64,000 bases of DNA from Octopus vulgaris. Its lineage: Eukaryota. The stretch is taken from NCBI GenBank assembly GCA_951406725.2, contig OX597820.1, positions 118,420,001 through 118,484,000 on the forward strand. Reading direction: 5' to 3'. Under the pieces are notes generated by a model that did not search any database, had not been told where the DNA came from, and worked only from the letters and a program-made list of their open reading frames with translations. This document shows, piece after piece, positions 54,779 through 64,000 of this stretch (the first letter of the stretch is position 1; every line of letters begins with the position of its first letter). A program made the translations under genes and the position numbers.

Positions 54779-55008
54779 CACATACAAAGAAACATATATG
54801 TATACCCTACGCAGTATATATGTACTTATCTATTTGTCCGTCCGTCTGTCCGACTGTCCGTCCGTCTACCTGAATCCATTGGCCCCTCTAGTGCCGTGTC
54901 TTTTTCTTTCTATCCCCCTCCCCTCTCCTCACCACCTGATCTCTACATCCGAAACTCTAATACATTGTCATTTAATGTATGTATATGCATACAGGCACAT
55001 ATGCATAC

Positions 55009-55058
<50 letters not shown>

Positions 55059-55329
55059 CATATATATATTTATATATACATATACATATACATACATACA
55101 CACTCACACGCACACATATATATATACATATACATACATGCACACGCGCACGCACACACGTATACACACGCACGCGAGAACAAGCACACATATATGTATG
55201 TATTATGTATGTGTGTACGAATGTATATATATATATATATATTTAGAGAAGCAATTTTATATACATATGCAAATGTACGTATGTATACATCTATATCTAT
55301 ACACCTGTCTATCAGTCTGTCTCTCTCTA

Positions 55330-55405
<76 letters not shown>

Positions 55406-57359
55406 GCATATACATATATTTGAATATATAAAACTTGGAGAAGGAACGACATCTTTTTTTTTGCACTGCAGGCGCTACATTCTCCATTGAAAATTTATAT
55501 TATCATCACTATTTCACGTTCATGTATTTCTTTCTCTTTTTTTAAATATATTCCTCTCTTGTGGGAAATACTGCATGAATATTATTAATTGCTTATGTAA
55601 CTTAGCACAGAAAAATAAACTAAGTTTTAAAACAGTTTTTAAAGACTTGCATTCGTGGAAAGAAAAATAATAACAACTAAAGCAAGGTAAAGCAAGCTTA
55701 AAATTCTGAAATCTTTTACAAATTTCAATATCGAAATTATTTATTTCTTAGAATGAATGACGTTTTGTAGAATGATAGACGACACCTTGGTAATAGGAAA
55801 TGGTTCCAACTGGGAATCAAGACAATATAATGGATTCTTGCACTGTAGAAGCTCAACATTTGGTTATACGTGCTGTCTTTTTTCCCAGCGAGGTTTGGGT
55901 GGCAGAAACGGTAGCACAATAGGCAAAAATGTTTGGCTAAAGCTAAGTTTCTTTTCCTTTACGTTTTCAATTCAATATCCAGCGTTTGTTTTCTTTCCTG
56001 CTTTTCCCGATCCAGCTTCACTAAAATAAGTAAAAGAAACAAAATATTCGACCGTTTCTTTCTATCATTCTAGTAACGTGCTCCTGTGCTCATCTTCGAA
56101 ACCTACATTCCCACCGATTCAAATGGATTGGTCTTCCATTCTTGCTGCCGTCTTTACATTTGGCTGCAGCCATACATTGGACTTCTATCAAGTGTCCATA
56201 AATTTCTTCAACAATTTGAAGTACATGGCTGTGTGGTTAGGAAGCTCGCTTTGCAACAACGTGGTCATGGGTTCAGTCTCATTATGTGGTACCTCAGGCA
56301 AGTGTCTTCTACTGTAGCCTCGGGACGACCAATGCCTTATAAGAGAATTTAGTAGGCAGAAATTGAATGGAGACTCGCCCTATACGTATGTGCGTAAGCA
56401 TTTGTAGCTGTGTATGGTTCTTCATAGATGTTTGCTTACTACCCTGAAACTCAACAGTTTTTGTAGAAGAGACGGGTGGAATAACTGGCAGAATTAAGAA
56501 AATAAGAACTAGGGTTGATCTGTTCGAGTAAACTCTGCCAAGCGATTCTTCATCCCGGCCGCACTCCAAAGGCGGAAACAAGTAAAACGTAAAAGATCTT
56601 TCTGGATATTCAATGTGGTCGAAAATGTTAAATCGCTGAACTCCATTGGTCATGTGATGGGTGCCTTCTGCTAGAAAATCTTTTAGCAAAAAGGGGCGCT
56701 TTGCAGTACAAGTGGAATTTCAGTGCATTTGAATGATAGACTTTGTGATGAGAAAGATCATTAGTCTAAATAGGAGAAACCCCACACCTTCCAGGCGAGC
56801 TTCTGCTGGTTTATGCCATACACTTACTGTTGTAGCTTTAGTAAGTATAAGACTAGATCTTCTAAATGTCCTGTTCAAACTTGTAGCCAAAATCAGAAGT
56901 TATGAAATTGTGAAATATGAAAGGCAAAAGAAAATTTTCGTAAAACATTTTAATATTTATAAGGAAAGGAATAAATGTATACATAAATAAGCCAATAATA
57001 ATAGAATATTAAATAAATTTTAGTGAATTCCACTTGTTTGCGATTTAAACATAAGACCAGAAATATGAGGATTAGGTTTTGGTAGAGTATATGAACCCCA
57101 GGATATGAGAGTGACTGAATTTTGTAGAATTCCGGGATATCAAAAAAAGATATAAAAGACTGAGACAAATGCTGTATTTGGTACAACTGTCAAACGTTTT
57201 TACCAATCTCCCCTCCCGGGACCATTATCTTAAAACTAAAATTTATAAAATAATGATATGGAATGTAATTTCATTTGTGTTCCTTGCTATATATAGTAAT
57301 TGTTATTATAATAATAATAATAATACTATATAGTAATTGTTATAATAATATTAATATAT

Positions 57360-57774
57360 AGGTAAGTAGCTTGTTTACCAACCACATGGTTCCAGGTTCA
57401 GTCCCACTGCGTGGCACCTTGGGTAAGTGTCTTCTACTATAGCCTCGGGCCGACCAAAGCCTTGTGAGTGGATTTGGTAGACGGAAACTGAAAGAAGCCC
57501 GTCGTATATATGTATATATATATATATATTAAATGTATATGTATGTGTGTGTGTGTGTCTGTGTTTGTCCCACCCTAGCATTGCTTGACAACCAATGGTG
57601 GTGTGTTTATGTCGCCATCACTTAGCGGTTCGGCAAAAGAGACCGATAGAATAAGTACTGGTCTTACAAAAAAAAAAGAATAAGTCCCGGGGTCGAGTTG
57701 CTCGACTAAAGGCGGTGCCCCAGCATGGCCGCAGTCAAATGACTGAAACAAGTAAAAGAGTAAAGAGTAAAAGA
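57360..57774 (+). mobile_element. SINE family C
   Basis: Reverse complement of 31401-31790. Confidence 0.9.
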
Positions 57775-58441
57775 ATATATCATGATTGAAAGATAGATTG
57801 GTGAACAGAAGAAGCGAGAAAGAAGTGAATGTAGGCGCTGAGATGGAAACAGAATGAAAGATTGGAAGTGATGGCCGTGGACTGCGAGGTGTGGAGTGTA
57901 TAAAAATAGGATGGTGAAAATAGAAATTAAAAATATCTTTATTCAAATATACCAAAATGTTAATTTTAATAGGGGGCAAAATCATACAGGTTATGCGAGG
58001 AAATTTAGAAGCGATTATGATGTTGGTCGTTGTCTATCTCTCATTTGGTTAAAATAGTTTTTGACATTCGAAGCCTGATTTAGTGAAATGATGCGCGGAG
58101 AATTTAGAATAATGTCAACAGAAAAAGAGAAACAACAGAAATCTTGTAGAAGATAATCAATCAAGCTCAGCTGATTGATTTTATACAGTAACAACGGGAA
58201 ATGGTCGTTGTGTCATACATTCATTTACGAAAGGCATTATCTGAAGAATAGAATGATTTCAAATGATAAACATTGCATAATAAATATTCGTTCACAAACC
58301 CAATCTATATTCTACATCTACAAATAGCATTTGCGGGATCTTACTTGTGAAATTTGAAAATCGAATATGCGGTGTTACTAGAGTAATTGATCTATAAGTC
58401 GGTAGATTATACATACATACATACATACATACATACATACG

Positions 58442-58489
<48 letters not shown>

Positions 58490-58750
58490 TAATTACATAC
58501 AGGCATACATACATAAAGTATATAAATATGCATGTATGTAAGTCTGTATATAAGTGGATTCTAGGATGAAAAGCAGTTAAAATATATATGGTGTAAGCTA
58601 AATTGAGAAAGCAAATAGAACGATAAAATAAATAAAAATAGTGCACTTCATCAGAAAAAAATTCGTAGAGTCTTGTAGTTGCATGGATATTATAAAGACG
58701 TAGAATTGGACAGAATTACGGTATGAGGAAAAATGAAAAATAAAAAGCAT

Positions 58751-58801
<51 letters not shown>

Positions 58802-59070
58802 AAATATATATGCATGTATGTATAAAGATATATGTGTGTATGTGTATGAATAAATGAAAAAGCAAAATAGCAGGAACAACATTTAAAAAAACAATAAAAA
58901 TTCGTCCGTGTATAAGAATCAAGTGAACAGAGTACAGAAAAAAATATTGGGAATATATTTACAATAAAATGACGGATCCTCCTTTTGTAAAAAGGTAAGT
59001 GAATATATACATGTATAAATATATATATATATGCATACATAATTTATATATGTATATATGGATGTATATG

Positions 59071-59103
<33 letters not shown>

Positions 59104-59302
59104 AATATATATATATATATTTACGTCTGTATAGTATGACAATATACATGTGCGTATGTATGTATGGCACACATACATAATCTGCATATGTTTGCATTTA
59201 TTTTCTATGAGAAAACAAATAAATATGTCGGTCTATCATTGCGCACAACGCGTGAATATATATATATATATGCATATATATATATCTATTTATATATATA
59301 TA

Positions 59303-59346
<44 letters not shown>

Positions 59347-59410
59347 CGTGTATATATATATATATGTATGTATGCATGGAAATGTATATATATATATGTA
59401 TGCATGTAAA

Positions 59411-59516
<106 letters not shown>

Positions 59517-60440
59517 AATATATAGGTTTCTGTTTAGGTGCGTGAGTATATGTGCGTGTGTTTGAGTTTGTGTGTGCGTGTGTGTATGTGTACAAAATTC
59601 TGGCTTAGCAGAAACCTATGTCGATGTGATATGTTATTTGGGAGATGTAAGCAGCTTATGGCAAGAAAAATATGGCATTATAAGAGAGGAAAAGACTTGA
59701 TGTTTGTTCTGAAAGAAAGCTAGAAAGAATGGGTGAAAAAAATGAACGGAATATATTGAATAAAAATCAGAAGGTGAAGAACAGGAAAATCAATATTAAA
59801 TTGGAATTGGTGAGGACTGTAGTGGAACTAAGATGTAATAGATTGAATCGAAAAGATTGGATGTTAGAAACCAGGACATAGAAACAGACTCCAGAGGAAA
59901 TACTCGTAGAGAGGAAAGTATAGATGACTATGAGAGGAAATACTCGTAGAGAGGAAAGTATAGATGACTATGAGAGTTGGAATCGCAGAAGGAAAGTAGG
60001 AGAAAATAGCTAATATAGAAACACACATGCATTGCACGAATGTATATATGCATTTAAGGAAATGTGTCTGTGTCAAATTCTTTGTTCGCATGAATAACAA
60101 TGATAATATGTTTAAATACAGAACATATTACCGGTTTACGTAATACACCTTATATATATACATATATATAATTACACACACACATACACGGGTGTGTAAA
60201 CAACAAACAGATATACAGGAAGTGAGTAAATATTTTATATTTCGAGCCTACGCTCTTCGACAAAAAGGAACACAGAAATAAAAAGAGAGAGAAATAAAAC
60301 GAAGAATGTTTAGTGGCTAGCGATCTATCATGGTGAATGCCAGATAGAGGTGGTCAGAGAGGAGAGCTAGGAAGAAGGGGAGATAATAAAGTATTGGTGA
60401 TCCCAAAACTAAGGTGCGCGTGCGTGTGTATGCGAGACTG

Positions 60441-60474
<34 letters not shown>

Positions 60475-60555
60475 TGTAACAAACTAAGGAAAAGAAATCC
60501 TTCAAAGGGTTGTGTTAAACATCCAATTGACTGGTTCTTCAGTTGGATATATATA

Positions 60556-61669
60556 TTGGGTTGTCCGGAAAGTTCGTGCCATTTTTAAAGGAAAGAAAAA
60601 GGTCAATAAATATTTGCCATTACATTTCTAATCAACCAAATATGAATCATTTTGTTGCACAATGCGTCTCGATCTTTCCTTTAACTTGAAAATACCCTCT
60701 TTTCAGAATTGAGGTGGTTTAATGGCAAAGAATTCATCAAGGTATCTTTTTACGTCATCCAAGGAATTGAAATTTTTACCATTAAGACTATTCTGCAGAG
60801 ACCTGAATAAGTGGAAATCCGAAGTCACAAAATCTGGTGAATATAGCGGGCGGGGTAACACAATGCAGCTGAGCTGCAGCAATTTTTGCCTAGTTCCCAA
60901 AGAAACGTGCGGTCTTGCATTATCATGTTGGAAAACAACACCCTTCCTGTTGACTAATTCTGGACGTTTCTCTTGAATTGTTGCTTTTAACTCATCCAGT
61001 TGTGTGTAGTATTTCTCAGAATTAATTGTCTGGTTACTTGGGAGAAGCTCATAGTACAGAATTCCTTCCAATTTCACCAGACACACAGCAAAACATCTTT
61101 AGGGCGAAGACCCGCTTTTGGGTGGCTAAGGGTGGCTCATGTCGCTTACTCCGGATCGCTTTCTCTGAACATTTCGGTAGATAATCCATTTTTCATCACC
61201 TGTCACAATTTGCTTTAAAAAAGGCGTGTTTTCATTCCGTTTATAAAGCGAATCTCAGATGGAAATGCGACCCAAAAGGTTCTTCTCACTCAACTTATGT
61301 GGTACCCAAACATCGAGCGATTTGTGTACCCACGCTTTACCAGGTACTCATGCTTTACCAGGCACAGTTTTTTCGGATAAAGAAACATCACCGTAAACTG
61401 CGCATATTTATTTGGTTGCTTGTGAGGCATTTTTCACTTTACGGAAAAAGAAAAGCGTCAAGTGCCGAAAATAAACTTTCTTATCTTTCATTTTAAAGGG
61501 TTACAGAATTAACACAGGTTATAGGAACATATACCTTCTTCCACGAAAAGAAAGCTTAAACTGTGCTCTAAATGGAGGTGTAGTCAAATCCTATATTATG
61601 GACTCGACCATATTCTAAAATAAGTCGAAAGGTAAGCTACTATAAATCGGCACGAACTTTCTGGACAAC

Positions 61670-61673
<4 letters not shown>
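60556..61673 (-). mobile_element. mariner DNA transposon, internally deleted/defective, with TIRs and TA flanks
   Basis: TIR TTGGGTTGTCCGGAAAGTTCGTGCC matches GGCACGAACTTTCTGGACAACCCAA. TA on both sides. Confidence 0.93.
60620..61491 (-). pseudogene. mariner transposase pseudogene (DD34D)
   Basis: Start MKDKKVYFRH at 61491, then GILYYELL, FQHDNARPH and YSPDFVTSDFHLFRSLQN, with stops, frameshifts and a deletion. Confidence 0.88.
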
Positions 61674-61712
<39 letters not shown>

Positions 61713-62217
61713 GCACACACACACGCCCACACATACAAATATATATATACGTGTATATCTATCTATGTATCTATCCATGTCTATATATATATATATATAT
61801 ATACACACACATATATTCGCTTATTAACGATCGTAGTGAATAAAGAGTCTCGTGAATTGCATTTTCCTACAATTTTATATACTCTACGGACACAAAGGAA
61901 TGCCTGAAGTAAATCCAGTGGCATATACCGCCATACTGTTGTTGACACTAGGTAGCTGACCACTGTTCACGGGCTTTAAACTGTATACGACAGGGCGTAT
62001 ACCAATATTAGGTAAAGTTTCTTTCTTTTCATCCTGTTAAAGACTTAAAATATGGTGATGTCATTCCATCAACGTGTGGACGCTACTTGCTCTCGTTCAT
62101 ACTTTACGTTTAAATTTCTGAATTTTTATCACTTCTTATTTTGAACTTGACAAAGACAGACATACTGTTAAAATATCGTTTAATAAAATACAATCGAATC
62201 GCGCTCTTCGTCTTGAC

Positions 62218-62294
<77 letters not shown>

Positions 62295-62296
<2 letters not shown>

Positions 62297-62578
62297 CACC
62301 TCTGGAAACATGGGTGGTTCTTTCAACATCCTTAAACAATCCTTATTCAGGGACCTTTTGAGCGGGATGGGCTACTCAACCTGAAGAAAATTCTAACTGG
62401 GCCCCACCTGCAAGGTCATGTGCTGTTTATCTTGATATGAGATCACCATGTCGCGCACATATGGTTGTGATGCATGTGCCTGGTGTGCCCTTATCAGACG
62501 GGTAGTCATGATGGGTATATTGGGCTTCGTATATTTTACCCCAGTGTCACTTTGATGGCATAAACTGCTCTCTCACTC

Positions 62579-62580
<2 letters not shown>
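62295..62580 (+). mobile_element. (TAA)n-inserted element, copy 3 (5'-truncated)
   Basis: Matches 50894-51178, with (TAA)n on both sides. Confidence 0.8.
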
Positions 62581-62617
<37 letters not shown>

Positions 62618-62824
62618 CGTAGTATATCTCCAACGTTAGAATCTGTGCAAAGGCAATGGTAATTTAAATAGAAATTAATATCACAATAAATACATCGACC
62701 TTAATATCATTAACAATTGCATAAGCAATATTATCCATGACAACACTTTGCAAAGAACAACCATAATAAAATGAAAAATTATAACGGAAATGGAATTGAA
62801 AACGAGAATAACGTTAATAATTAT

Positions 62825-63053
62825 TCCTTTATTGTCCACAAGAGGCTAAACATAGAGGGGACAAACAAGGACGGACAAAGGAATTAAGTCGATTACATCG
62901 ACACCAGTGCATAACTAGTACTTATTATTTAATCGACCCCGAAAGGATGAAAAGTATTGTCAACGACGGCTGAATTTGAACCCAGAACGTAACGGCAGAC
63001 GAAATCCCGCTAAGCATTTCGACCGGCATGCTAACGATTCTGCCAGCTCGCCG
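62825..63053 (-). mobile_element. SINE family A
   Basis: Minus-strand head GCGGCGAGCTGGCAGAATCGTTAGCATGCCGG. Confidence 0.8.
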
Positions 63054-63069
63054 CACATTATTAATGATG

Positions 63070-63215
<146 letters not shown>

Positions 63216-63678
63216 TATTATTATTATTAAGTTTTCATATAAAAAACAAAGGTACTGAAACCTATTTGAAAATGGTACCAGGCTTACCATCCCTACGGGA
63301 AGTGCAAAAAGTCGTATTAACTGGAACGGCTCAGGTACTGCTATCGCTGTGAAAACAACATCCATCCATGAATTTATTTATTTATTAACTTTCTAATACA
63401 TATTTTACATGTGAATTTGCGCGTGTAATCTGGGATGCATATAATGCGCTTCTCTTCCCTAGGTGTACGGAAAACACTCGGCGAGAAACGGAAGAACATT
63501 TGAAGATGGAAAAAAAAATAATAATAGTAATAATGCCAAAACTTTACCTAATATTACCTAATATTGGTAAAATTGAATGTAGTGATAATAGCGACAATAA
63601 CGATATAAGTACACATTTTAAAAGCAACAACAACAATATTAAAAAAATGTAATGCTAACTATCCTATTAATAGCTATA

Positions 63679-64000
63679 GGAGGCGCAATGGCCCAGTGGT
63701 CATAGGATCGTGGTTTCGATTCCCAGACCGGGCGTTGTGAGTGTTTATTGAGCGAAAACACCTTAAGTTCCACGAGGCTCCGGTAGGGGATGGTGGTGAT
63801 CCCTGCTGTACTCTTTCACCACAACTTTCTCTCATTCTTACTTCCTGTTTCTGTTGTACCTGTATTTCAAAGGGCCGGCCTTGTCACTCTCTGTGTCACG
63901 CTGAATATCCACGAGAACTACGTTAAGGGTACACGTGTCTGTGGAGTGCTCAGCCACTTACACGTTAATTTCACGAGCAGGCTGTTCCGTTGATTCGGAT
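63679..64000 (+). mobile_element. SINE family B (runs off the window; small deletion in the tRNA head)
   Basis: Matches 26473-26812. Confidence 0.88.

Noticed and set aside
55700-56220. Unique-looking sequence with short ORFs (possible host exons)
   Set aside because: No recognisable domain or consistent splice-site pair, so it cannot be supported without transcript data.

Overview
AT-rich, microsatellite-saturated eukaryotic DNA. The SINE families and repeat style suggest an octopod cephalopod (inference, not verified). No host gene exon could be supported, and almost all short ORFs in the supplied track are microsatellite translation artefacts. The main element is a 5'-truncated but apparently coding-intact Penelope-like retroelement (PLE, Neptune-type; about 3609-7818, minus strand). 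It has a coiled-coil/low-complexity ORF1 and an RT + Zn-finger + GIY-YIG ORF2 in the -1 frame, joined by an in-frame U_UUU_UUA slippery heptamer. Its 3' region carries a fixed-spacing GACGTCA-N12-CCAAT array and a U3-A8 variant hammerhead ribozyme (HHR). Short non-coding inserts, mostly inside or beside (TA)n tracts, carry further type I hammerheads: two canonical, two near-canonical and several degenerate. They include a 591-bp unit with 63-bp perfect terminal redundancy (retrozyme-like) and several fold-back inverted stubs. Together these suggest a (TA)n-targeting PLE/retrozyme system. Other content: a TIR-bounded defective mariner, R4/Dong-like pieces in (TAA)n, Hero, Tx1, RTE and CR1/L2-type LINE remnants, four to five tRNA-derived SINE families, and long (AAT)n, (TATC)n and (GAT)n arrays.
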